This document shows positions 54,833-63,278 of a DNA stretch of 64,000 nt, piece by piece (positions within the stretch are counted from its first letter, which is position 1; the number at the start of each line of letters is the position of its first letter). The stretch is from a virus. Lineage: Duplodnaviria > Caudoviricetes. The position numbers were made by a program, and so were the translations under genes. The stretch covers positions 19,357-83,356 of the IMG/VR virus record IMGVR_UViG_3300046615_000451; one strand, written 5' to 3'. The notes below the pieces were generated by a model. It ran no database searches. It was not told where the DNA came from and worked only from the letters and a program-made list of their open reading frames with translations.

Positions 54833-57800
54833 ATGACCGACGTTTTCAGCAAACTCCAAAGCGCCGCCCATGCTGGCGCTTTCGGTGCAGGTTCAACCTC
54901 GCAACCCACGCCCGCGCAGATCCGGGCCGGCAACTACGCCAAGGGCAGCTTTCGCCTGCACGGGCTGCGCATCACCATTGAAACGCCCATGTTCCAGTCC
55001 CGCCGGGGCAAAGAGGATGGCAAGCCGTGGTCAATCACCTGCATGGCGCATTACGGCTATGTGGCCGGCACCAAGGGCGCCGACGGGGACGCGGTGGACG
55101 TGTTTGTTGGTCCGGCGCCCGAGAGCTTGCGCGTGTACGTGGTCAACCAGAACGCCAAAGACGGCACCTTTGACGAACACAAGGTGTTACTGGGCTTTAT
55201 CGACCAGGAGCAAGCCTGCACCGCCTACCTCAACTCGTATGAGAAAGGATGGCCCGGCCTGGGCAGTGTCGCGGCCTGCACCATCAAGCAGTTCAAGTAC
55301 TGGCTAAAGCACGGGGATCTAAGCCTGCCCCTCTCCCCCGACTTACCCAATATTCCAAAAGACGAGGCATTGAGCATGACTGATGTACTGACGCGCTGGG
55401 GCGGTGACAACCTCCCGGTGGGCGAAACCGTGGGCGCCGTGCTGTACGAGCTGCGCCGTGCTGACCCTGACGGCCTGCTGATGGATAGCGCCACCCTGGC
55501 CGACCTGAGCGAGAGCCTGGGCGACGGCGGCGAAATGCTCGACGCCATGGTGATCGAGTACAAGCAGTTTGAACGTAAGGCTGGCCAGCTCCTGAAAGTG
55601 ATGCAGGTGGCCAGCGGCGCAGTTACGGCCGACACAGTTGAAGTCAGCAAGCCATTCAAGAACAAGGGCACCACTCAAGTGGCCATGTTGTTCGCCATGA
55701 GTGACGGCCAGAGCGTGTCGGTGTTCTTCCACAACCCCGACAGCACGCCCAACAAGTTGACGCCCGCCGACGAGCTGATTAGCTGGAAGTGGGTAATGAA
55801 CAAGAAGGACATCACCGCTGTGGTGGCGCCTGAGAGCGGCCAGGACATTAGCCCGCGCGTGGTTGCCCGCCGCATCATGGCGCTAATCCAGAAGAACAGC
55901 GCCAAGTTCATCAAGGCGAACGAGAACAAGGCCGCCAGCACCGCCGCGCTCGAAGAGTTGAAGGCGCAGGAAGCAAGCAAAACCACCGAACTGGCCGAGC
56001 TGGACGCGCAAATCAGCGACCTACAAGCCCAGCTTGAGCAGAAGAAGTCCGCCCCGGTGGCGCCTGTGGTCGATCCTGCTGTTATTCCTGAAACCGTATT
56101 GGGCCAGATCCGTTTCGCGGTGCAGACGCTCCAGGAGGCTGACAAGAGCCTGGCCAATGTGGTCGCCGTCCGTGGTCACGGGGCAAACCTTGCGTTAGCG
56201 CTGGCTGAGCAACAACCGGCCATTGATCAGGCGCTGGCGAAGCTGGCCAAGGTCCGAGAGCTTGCCGCCACCAATGGCGCGGACGTAGAAACCCCCATTG
56301 CTGAGGCGGGCGGCATTCCTGACTTCTCCGTGTACCAAGCCGCTGCGCCGGCGCTATCCACCGCCAGCATCATCCTGGAGGACTACGCCGACGTTGCCGC
56401 GCTGGGATCGGCCACCGTACTCAGCGTGGGTTCCGAGAACGTCTATTTCGACAAGGACGGCAAGCAGTACATGACGAAATTGCTCAACACTGACGACTAT
56501 GAGTCGAAAGTGGGTGAGGTGGTCGACCTGTCGGGCGTTGTAGATCCATACGTGGCGCCAACTGCTTCTGAAATCGCTGATCAGGAAAAGGTACAGCGCT
56601 TGATCGGTGCCCTTGCTGGCGCACGCGCTCGCCTGGCCGGTATGGCGCCTGGTGATGCCTTCTACGGCAACCTGTCGCGGGATGTAGTCGACATGGCCAA
56701 ACAGCTATGGGATACCGGCTATCGCGGGCCAGAAGTGAGCGAGGCCGATACAGTCGAGCCGGCACCAGTTGTCGAGCCTGATGCCGCGCCTAAATCGACA
56801 TTCCTTGGCGCAACGCTGGTCTGGTCGGAAGGCAGCCATGACGAGAATAAAGACTTCGCCACCCTGGCCGAGCTGGATTCCTGGTTTAAAGCGACCTTTA
56901 GCCCTGAGCAAATGGATGGTCAGAGCGGTAGCTACTACAAAAACAAGCTGGTCATTCGCTCGATGGATGAGGCCGGCAACAAGCGCGAGGATACGACGCG
57001 GGTTGATGTGTCTCGCTCCCAAGGCGATTTTGACCCGAACAAGCAGACCATTGCTCAGTACCTTTCCGAGAACGGGTTTGGCGGCATTAGTGCGGGCATG
57101 ATTGAAATTGTTGATCCCGCTCCCGCAGCCCCCGACATCGCGCCAGAGCCGTCGCAAGTCGCTGGCGGCGTGAACGTGGACGATATGAAAGCCGTAATGA
57201 CTGAAAATGTCGTGATGGACGTTCCGGCCGGCTGGCTGGTGATGAATGCCCCGCGCCCCATGGTTGGGCAAAAGACGCTTGAAAATGGCGAGTTCCTGAC
57301 AGGCCGCTTCTACGGCGCCGTTGATCCGTCCGACGCCTACGCCGCCAGCACCATCGAAACCAACCGCAAGCTGGACGCGGCTATTGTGATGCAGGGAGTT
57401 GACCGGGCCACTCAAATGGCGATGGCTATGGTGGGCAGCAAATACCGCGACGACTACCTGGCCATGTCCGAGGATGAGCGTTACAAGGCTTTGAGCGCCA
57501 AGATCAAGAAGCTTTACGGCAAGCCATACGGCGAACTGAAAGCGCTTATGGCACAAGCCAAGGCCGAGCCGGCGCCAGCTGCTGTATCTGCCGAAGAAGA
57601 GGACACCGGCACTATCGAATCCGAGGGCCGCGACAACACGGTAAAAACCGCCAAGGGCACCAAGGTCGTTACCGGCTTCAAGGTGATCGAAGCGAAGAAC
57701 CTGGTTATCAGCCACGAGACTGACGGCACCGTAAACCCGGAATACCCGCCTGAAATCCAGCCGCGTGACCGTGCGCGCACCACTTCGCAGGCATGGGTAC

Positions 57801-59110
57801 AGAAAACCGCCCGCAACCTCGATCCTGATAGCCTGGGCCGCACCCAGCGCGCCGACAGTGGCGCTCCTATCGTTGGCGCTGACCGTGTGGTCGAGTCGGG
57901 CAACGGCCGCGCCATGGCGATCCGTGAGGCCTACCGCATTGGCCAAGCCGATGAATACCGCGAGTGGCTGGTGGAAAACGCGGAGTACTTCGGCGTAGAT
58001 CCGGCAAAGATCCAGCGCATGAAAGCCCCGGTGCTGATCCGTGTGCGTAAAACCGCCGTCGACCGCGTGGAATTCGCCGTGGAGTCGAACCAAGACGACA
58101 AACTAGCGATGACCGCCACCGAGAAGGCCCGCAGCGATGCCAAGCGCCTGGACACCGCCATGCTGTCGAAGCTGGCAGACGGCGACCTCAATAGCGCGGC
58201 AAACCGTGACTTTGTGGCGGCCTTCCTGCAATCGCTGGGGGATGCCGAGGCGGCGCAGTACCTGACCACCGACGGCAAGCCTACGTCGGGCCTTATCAGC
58301 CGCCTACAGGCCGCGCTGTTTGCTGGCGCCTACTCGGACGATCGTTTGCTGGAAATGACGGCGGACCAGGCCAAGCCTGAGATTGCCAACATCGTCAGCG
58401 CCTTGAACAGCGCGGCGCCGGACTTCATGCGGGCCAAGGAACAAGATCGGATCGGCGCCGAGCAAGCGGGTGAGCAGGTCACTGACTCCCTGGAGCTGTC
58501 GCTTAACCAGGAGGCGGTAAACGCCATCATTGGCGCGACCAACGTACTGCGCCAGGCCAAAGAGGCGGGCATGGGCCTGGACGAGTTCCTGCGCCAGGGC
58601 GACATGTTTGGCGGTACCGATCCGGCCGTGGCTGCAATGGCCGTGTTCATCAGCGCCAACAACCGCAGCGCCAAACGCATGAGCACCGCATTCAAGGCCA
58701 TGGCGCAGTTCGTTGAGAGCGAGAACATCCGCAAGCAGACCGCCGGCCTGTTTGGTGATGAGCCGGCCAGCTTCACCGACATTGTGAGCGCGGCGAACCG
58801 CAAGCTTGAGCAGGAATACGGGGAGGGACTGTTTGCCATCGACCAGGGCGATATGTTTAGCCAGGCACCGCCCGCCGCGCCGGTAGTAGAGCCAGAAGCG
58901 CCCAGCGAGGACGACGCCTTACAGAGCGCTAAATCCTACCTGGACGACATCATTGGCGGCGCTACCGACCTGGGCAGTCCTGGCGATGTGCTCAAGGAGC
59001 TTGAGCGCATTTACGCGGCCTATGGCGAGGACAAGCTGAGCGAGCTGTTTATCGAAGCCTCGGACGCCTTCCGGGACTACGCGCTTAAGGCCACCGCCGG
59101 CGCGTTCTAA
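54833..59110 (+). CDS. darA: Polyvalent DarA-like protein: InPase domain + DarA N-domain + LPD25-like + DdrB-like ParB domain + DarA-C-like helix bundle
   Basis: AGNYAKG...YGYVAGTKGADGDAVDVFVG...FDEHKV; SDGQSVSVFFH...NKKDITAVVAP...KNSAKF; VWSEG...YYKNK; PEIQPRDR...GAPIV...VESGNGR. Confidence 0.85.
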   Translation: MTDVFSKLQSAAHAGAFGAGSTSQPTPAQIRAGNYAKGSFRLHGLRITIETPMFQSRRGKEDGKPWSITCMAHYGYVAGTKGADGDAVDVFVGPAPESLRVYVVNQNAKDGTFDEHKVLLGFIDQEQACTAYLNSYEKGWPGLGSVAACTIKQFKYWLKHGDLSLPLSPDLPNIPKDEALSMTDVLTRWGGDNLPVGETVGAVLYELRRADPDGLLMDSATLADLSESLGDGGEMLDAMVIEYKQFERKAGQLLKVMQVASGAVTADTVEVSKPFKNKGTTQVAMLFAMSDGQSVSVFFHNPDSTPNKLTPADELISWKWVMNKKDITAVVAPESGQDISPRVVARRIMALIQKNSAKFIKANENKAASTAALEELKAQEASKTTELAELDAQISDLQAQLEQKKSAPVAPVVDPAVIPETVLGQIRFAVQTLQEADKSLANVVAVRGHGANLALALAEQQPAIDQALAKLAKVRELAATNGADVETPIAEAGGIPDFSVYQAAAPALSTASIILEDYADVAALGSATVLSVGSENVYFDKDGKQYMTKLLNTDDYESKVGEVVDLSGVVDPYVAPTASEIADQEKVQRLIGALAGARARLAGMAPGDAFYGNLSRDVVDMAKQLWDTGYRGPEVSEADTVEPAPVVEPDAAPKSTFLGATLVWSEGSHDENKDFATLAELDSWFKATFSPEQMDGQSGSYYKNKLVIRSMDEAGNKREDTTRVDVSRSQGDFDPNKQTIAQYLSENGFGGISAGMIEIVDPAPAAPDIAPEPSQVAGGVNVDDMKAVMTENVVMDVPAGWLVMNAPRPMVGQKTLENGEFLTGRFYGAVDPSDAYAASTIETNRKLDAAIVMQGVDRATQMAMAMVGSKYRDDYLAMSEDERYKALSAKIKKLYGKPYGELKALMAQAKAEPAPAAVSAEEEDTGTIESEGRDNTVKTAKGTKVVTGFKVIEAKNLVISHETDGTVNPEYPPEIQPRDRARTTSQAWVQKTARNLDPDSLGRTQRADSGAPIVGADRVVESGNGRAMAIREAYRIGQADEYREWLVENAEYFGVDPAKIQRMKAPVLIRVRKTAVDRVEFAVESNQDDKLAMTATEKARSDAKRLDTAMLSKLADGDLNSAANRDFVAAFLQSLGDAEAAQYLTTDGKPTSGLISRLQAALFAGAYSDDRLLEMTADQAKPEIANIVSALNSAAPDFMRAKEQDRIGAEQAGEQVTDSLELSLNQEAVNAIIGATNVLRQAKEAGMGLDEFLRQGDMFGGTDPAVAAMAVFISANNRSAKRMSTAFKAMAQFVESENIRKQTAGLFGDEPASFTDIVSAANRKLEQEYGEGLFAIDQGDMFSQAPPAAPVVEPEAPSEDDALQSAKSYLDDIIGGATDLGSPGDVLKELERIYAAYGEDKLSELFIEASDAFRDYALKATAGAF

Positions 59111-59131
59111 CCCTTCACCCACTGACCAGAA

Positions 59132-59168
59132 GCCCGCCGCGTGCGGGCTTTTTTGTGGGCGTTTGCTG
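59132..59168. repeat. Terminator-containing direct repeat, copy 1
   Basis: GCCCGCCGCG[T/C]GCGGGCTTTTTTGTGGGCG[T/C]T[T/C]GCTG; copy 2 at 59788-59824. Confidence 0.8.
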
Positions 59169-59175
59169 ATAGCAC

Positions 59176-59216
59176 GCAAACCGTGCCGAGGGAGCCGGAA
59201 AAAAGCTACTTACAAT
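59176..59216 (+). promoter_or_regulatory. Putative late promoter (GCAAAC...TACAAT) for the nuclease
   Basis: Conserved spacing; near-consensus -10. Confidence 0.7.
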
Positions 59217-59293
59217 TTTCGACGCTGCCGACGCCCTCAGCCAGTACGCGCGGAAGGCCACGGCAGACGGTTTCTAATCCATGAGGTAAAGCA

Positions 59294-59770
59294 ATGAAGC
59301 GATTTTTTTGGGGTGGCTTGTTCGCGGCACTGGCAATACAGAGTCAGGTTGCTATGGCGTCAGACTTCGGCACCATGCCGATTACCCGTGACCAGATCGA
59401 AGAGGTGTACGACGGCGACACCTTCATGATCACCGTCAAGGATGTGCCCGAGGTATTCGGCAAGCACATCGGCGTGCGTATCAGTGGACTGGACAGCCCG
59501 GAGCGTCATAGCCAGTGCAGCGACCCGGTAGCCAAGGCTGGCGAAGAGGCCAAGGCGATGGCCGCCCGCAGCGCGTTAACTGGGCTGCTGGACAGTGGGC
59601 AGAAGATTGAACTGCGCAATCTGGACCGGGACAAGTATTTTCGGATCTTGGCTGAGGTGTGGGTGGGTGGTCAGAACGTGGCGCCCATCCTGATTAGCAA
59701 GGGGCTGGCGGTGGGCTACCACGGGGAAAAGAAGGTGGGTTGGTGTGGCCCTCATCTGATAGCCACGTAA
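59294..59770 (+). CDS. Secreted thermonuclease (SNase family)
   Basis: Signal peptide; VYDGDTF, VRISGLDSPE, DKYFRILAEV, LISKGLA. Confidence 0.9.
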   Translation: MKRFFWGGLFAALAIQSQVAMASDFGTMPITRDQIEEVYDGDTFMITVKDVPEVFGKHIGVRISGLDSPERHSQCSDPVAKAGEEAKAMAARSALTGLLDSGQKIELRNLDRDKYFRILAEVWVGGQNVAPILISKGLAVGYHGEKKVGWCGPHLIAT

Positions 59771-59787
59771 CTGGATAGAAGGCAAAG

Positions 59788-59824
59788 GCCCGCCGCGCGC
59801 GGGCTTTTTTGTGGGCGCTCGCTG
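59788..59824. repeat. Terminator-containing direct repeat, copy 2
   Basis: 3 mismatches versus 59132-59168. Confidence 0.8.
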
Positions 59825-59876
59825 GCGATATAGCGCCATAACTCAAAAGAGTTAAAGCGTTTAAGTGTTAAAAAGT
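59825..59876. promoter_or_regulatory. parH-like box array (site F)
   Basis: GCGA tata GCGC cata ACTC aaaa GAGT taaa GCGT ttaa GTGT taaa AAGT. Confidence 0.75.
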
Positions 59877-59878
59877 TG

Positions 59879-59907
59879 TTGACCAGTAGGCACGACGTGC
59901 CTATTAT
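59879..59907 (+). promoter_or_regulatory. Strong sigma70 promoter TTGACC-17-TATTAT
   Basis: Near-consensus hexamers, 17-bp spacer. Confidence 0.75.
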
Positions 59908-59956
59908 CCCCTCAAGCCGAACGACACGGCGCCCAACAGCAGCGGAGCAAGACGAC

Positions 59957-60373
59957 ATGAATGCAAATATCGGCAAACTGAACAGCGGTAAATGCTACGT
60001 CTACCTGTCCGGCTACGGCGTCAATGCTGAACCGTTCTACGGCACCGAGTCTGAATGCGAGGCGGCAATCCTGGCTAACGGTGTTGCCGACCCGATCCCG
60101 GTGTTCTGCGACGGCGTGGACCTTACCACTAGCACAAAGCCTGCCGTCGTTGCCGCCCAAGTCGCCCCAAAGGTCAAGCCTGCCCGCCTACCGCTGCGCG
60201 AATACGTTATGACCTTCAAGGCCGCTGACGGCTCCGAAGACGACACCAGCGGCTACGTGGAAAACGTGTTCGCCCGTGATCGTAACGAAGCTATGCGCAA
60301 AGGCCGCGACATCGTTCGCGACAATGCTGGCCCGTACGGCCCAAAGATCCGCATTAACGCCAAGCTGGCATAA
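59957..60373 (+). CDS. Hypothetical protein
   Basis: GGAG SD; start moved to ATG 59957. Confidence 0.6.
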   Translation: MNANIGKLNSGKCYVYLSGYGVNAEPFYGTESECEAAILANGVADPIPVFCDGVDLTTSTKPAVVAAQVAPKVKPARLPLREYVMTFKAADGSEDDTSGYVENVFARDRNEAMRKGRDIVRDNAGPYGPKIRINAKLA

Positions 60374-60418
60374 CGATCCCGCCCGGAGCGATCCGGGCTC
60401 TACCTGGAGCAAGACAGC

Positions 60419-60733
60419 ATGAAGGTTGAATGTTCACGCTGCACTAATGGGAAAGGCCAAATCCGCGCTTACAGCCATGTCATGGGGGGCGTGTGCTTCA
60501 AGTGCGGCGGCGCGGGGCATGTGGAACGCAAGACCGCCCCAAAGAAGCAGTTTTGGTTCCGCTGCTGGACCGTACTTGATGGTGAGGGGATGTTTCGCTT
60601 CAACCTGAAAGCCCCGAGCGAAAAACAAGCTCTGACCAAGCTACGAAAGTTCATTGAAAGAGCGGCCGATAAGGGCATTGGCTACAACCTCCAGAATTAT
60701 CGCGTCGAGCTGGATGCTAACCGTCCCGTCTAA
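60419..60733 (+). CDS. Zinc-finger protein (CxxCxGxG type)
   Basis: CSRCTNGKG...CFKCGGAG. Confidence 0.7.
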   Translation: MKVECSRCTNGKGQIRAYSHVMGGVCFKCGGAGHVERKTAPKKQFWFRCWTVLDGEGMFRFNLKAPSEKQALTKLRKFIERAADKGIGYNLQNYRVELDANRPV

Positions 60734-60800
60734 CACGCTCTGCCCACCTAAAGCCCCTTCACTGGGGGCTTTGCCAGTACCACCATAAGGAGATTCACCC

Positions 60801-61052
60801 ATGCCAGCACCAAAACGCCCAACCGCCGCTCAGCTGCAAAAGAAATGTGACAAGTGGAACGCTGCCAACGAGGTCGGCGCCACCGTTTCGTTTGAGGAAA
60901 TCGTCGGCCGGGGCGAAACCTTCCGGGGCAAGTCGAGCAGCGAAGCTCAGGTAATGGGCGGCCACTCCGCTGTTATCTGGCTGGAAGGCAAGAGCGGTTG
61001 CGTTGACCTGGAGCACTGCACCGCCGTAGCAGGCGACACCGTAGCGGCATAA
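60801..61052 (+). CDS. Hypothetical protein
   Basis: AAGGAG SD; flanked by hairpins 60750-60772 and 61070-61091. Confidence 0.65.
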   Translation: MPAPKRPTAAQLQKKCDKWNAANEVGATVSFEEIVGRGETFRGKSSSEAQVMGGHSAVIWLEGKSGCVDLEHCTAVAGDTVAA

Positions 61053-61117
61053 CCGTCAGCGGCACGAACAACCCCCTTGATTGGGGGTTTTCTGGTATCA
61101 ACAAAGGGAAAAGCCCA

Positions 61118-61351
61118 ATGAGTTTTAAGCACCTTTACGGCGCCAAGCCTGATGCAACCCTGCACAATCCAGACGCGGCTTACCTGCGCAGTCTGGTGAA
61201 GGCGTGCGACCTGACTCAGGCCAAGGCCGCCAAGGCTATCGGTATCAGTGAGCGCACTATGCGCAACTACCTGAGCCAAGATCCGGACACGTTCCGGCCG
61301 GCGCCTTATTCGGTCCAGTACACGCTTGAGCAGCTGGCCGCCAACACATGA
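61118..61351 (+). CDS. XRE-like HTH protein
   Basis: LTQAKAAKAIGISERTMRNYL. Confidence 0.75.
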   Translation: MSFKHLYGAKPDATLHNPDAAYLRSLVKACDLTQAKAAKAIGISERTMRNYLSQDPDTFRPAPYSVQYTLEQLAANT

Positions 61352-61719
61352 CAGGTGAAGTCGTGACGCGCGATCCCTTCAAACACCACTACCGGCTCAA
61401 GCGCCCGTGTGCGAACTGTCCGTTTCTCAAGGTCGGCGCCATCGAGCTGCAACCGGGGCGCCTGGACGGGATCGTCTCGGATCTGCTGGAGAGCGATCAA
61501 GGCACGTTCCAATGCCACAAGACGGTTCATTGCGCCCGTGGGGGCGAGTGGGACGGCGAGGACAACTATCAGCCGTCGGGGCATGAGGCAATGTGTGCCG
61601 GCGCCGCCGCGCTGCTGATGAAGCGAGGGCGGCCGACGGTAAGCATGCGGTTCGCCTTTCTTACTGGAGCCGCAAGCCCCAGCGACTGGGATGCAGTACA
61701 ACCACTGGTAATTGACTGA
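61348..61719 (+). CDS. Cys/His zinc-binding protein (DUF6283-like)
   Basis: PCANCPF...FQCH...MCAG. Confidence 0.65.
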   Translation: MTGEVVTRDPFKHHYRLKRPCANCPFLKVGAIELQPGRLDGIVSDLLESDQGTFQCHKTVHCARGGEWDGEDNYQPSGHEAMCAGAAALLMKRGRPTVSMRFAFLTGAASPSDWDAVQPLVID

Positions 61720-61726
61720 GGAAGCC

Positions 61727-61942
61727 ATGAACAAGAATCAAGCCGAAGCGCCACCCAAGCGCACCCTGTTACAGCGCCTGTTCCGTGGCGGCCTGGGGCG
61801 CCCGCTGGTCAATCTGTGGATAGAGACGCGCGAGGGCGGCTATGGCCAGATCACCACCGACACCAAGTTGAATCTTGGGCGCTATACGGTGCTGCGCTGG
61901 CAGAGCATCAAAACGGATATGGATCAGTTCGACCGAAGCTGA
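61727..61942 (+). CDS. Hypothetical protein
   Basis: GAGG SD; ATG 61727. Confidence 0.5.
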   Translation: MNKNQAEAPPKRTLLQRLFRGGLGRPLVNLWIETREGGYGQITTDTKLNLGRYTVLRWQSIKTDMDQFDRS

Positions 61943-61999
61943 CACGCAACAACCTGTAAACAATTCGCACACAACAACCAAATCGCCAGAGATTAACGT

Positions 62000-62473
62000 A
62001 TGACAAAGACACTTATGGAAGCCCCACGGCTTGAATCCACGCCTTGCGCGCACTGCGCCGCTACCGGGCTGCGCGCTGGCGTCGATTGCCCCCGCTGCCA
62101 TGGCAACGGCTCGTTTCTGACAAAGCGTGGCCAGGCAGCGCGGGCGTACATGCGGACGCTGTTAGAAAAGCCTGCGACTCAAGTGGTCGCTGGTGATGTG
62201 GTGTGGTTCCCGGTCGGCGGACTGAAAGTCGCCAGCACCGTGCTGCATATTGAGCTGAATATCGGTCCCGCCAACCGCGTGCGCCTGCATGGTCGGCGCC
62301 GTAAGACTAATGAGGAAATTGCCTTTACCGTGGCAACGCATGGCGCTGTGGATCTGGCGTTTACCCCGCTGGAACTGGAGGCTATCCGGGCGAAGGTCGA
62401 GGCGTATCAGGCCACGCTGACAATGAAAGGCCTTACGTCCAAACGGCCGCGCATGCTCAAGCGCGCCGCGTAA
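62000..62473 (+). CDS. Zinc-finger protein
   Basis: CAHCAATG...CPRCHGNG. Confidence 0.65.
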   Translation: MTKTLMEAPRLESTPCAHCAATGLRAGVDCPRCHGNGSFLTKRGQAARAYMRTLLEKPATQVVAGDVVWFPVGGLKVASTVLHIELNIGPANRVRLHGRRRKTNEEIAFTVATHGAVDLAFTPLELEAIRAKVEAYQATLTMKGLTSKRPRMLKRAA

Positions 62474-62476
62474 ATG

Positions 62477-62520
62477 ACGCAAAGGCACCAAAGAGTTAAA
62501 GCGTTTTGGTGCTTTAGAGT
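62477..62520. promoter_or_regulatory. parH-like box array (site G)
   Basis: ACGC aaag GCAC caaa GAGT taaa GCGT tttg GTGC ttta GAGT. Confidence 0.75.
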
Positions 62521-62564
62521 TAGCCCTACGGCCATTCGGGCCGACCGAACATAAGGCGTAGGGC

Positions 62565-63278
62565 ATGAGCGAAGTATTAGCGGTGCGTGAAAGTGATCTG
62601 GTAATGCGCGAGCTGGCGCAGACGAAGGCGTCCGTTATCGAAGCTCAACGGGTGCTGATCGTCGGCGCCGGTTCTATCCCCAAGCTGCTGGGCGAGCTGA
62701 ATGCCAGCCTGGAAGACCTGGGCTATGTGTGCGTGCCGATTGAGCCAGCGCAAGGCCTGTACAAGACGTTTGCTGGTCTGCTGGCGTGTCCGGCGCTGGC
62801 GCCACTGCTGGCGGTCGAGGATAAAGCCCCGCCGTCCGTGGACGATGCGCAGATTGAGCACCATTGGCCAACCCCAACCCCAACCCCAACCCCCGAACCG
62901 TTGATCGTTCCACCGGTAGAGCCCGACCCGCAGCTATGGATCGAAGAGCCGGGCTTTGCAGAACGCCAGATTCGCGCCCTGGAAGAATCGTTGGCTATCC
63001 CCCAGGCGCCAGACGTGTCGAAGCTCGATATGAGCAAGCCAATCAACTGGAAGCTGGGCGACGTTTTCCAGGACAACCCCCGCGTCACCCTCCCGCACAA
63101 GTGCCGCAAATGGTTGCTCGACTCGCTGGACATTTCCGATCTGGAGAACCTGAGCGGGATGGACGTTCAAATCAGAAGCCCGAACACGACCACCACTGAG
63201 CTGCTGACTCTCAAGCAATTCATGGCGCAATACGTGTTCCTTGAGCGCCCTGTCGCCGAGCAAAGCGCCGCCGAGTAA
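62565..63278 (+). CDS. Hypothetical protein with (PT)4 linker
   Basis: (CCAACC)4 at 62868-62891. Confidence 0.6.
   Translation: MSEVLAVRESDLVMRELAQTKASVIEAQRVLIVGAGSIPKLLGELNASLEDLGYVCVPIEPAQGLYKTFAGLLACPALAPLLAVEDKAPPSVDDAQIEHHWPTPTPTPTPEPLIVPPVEPDPQLWIEEPGFAERQIRALEESLAIPQAPDVSKLDMSKPINWKLGDVFQDNPRVTLPHKCRKWLLDSLDISDLENLSGMDVQIRSPNTTTTELLTLKQFMAQYVFLERPVAEQSAAE

Noticed and set aside
56705-58093. 462-aa minus-strand ORF
   Set aside because: Antisense shadow of darA.
62868-62891. (CCAACC)4 as a phase-variable repeat
   Set aside because: An in-frame hexamer coding a Pro-Thr linker; length changes would not shift the frame.
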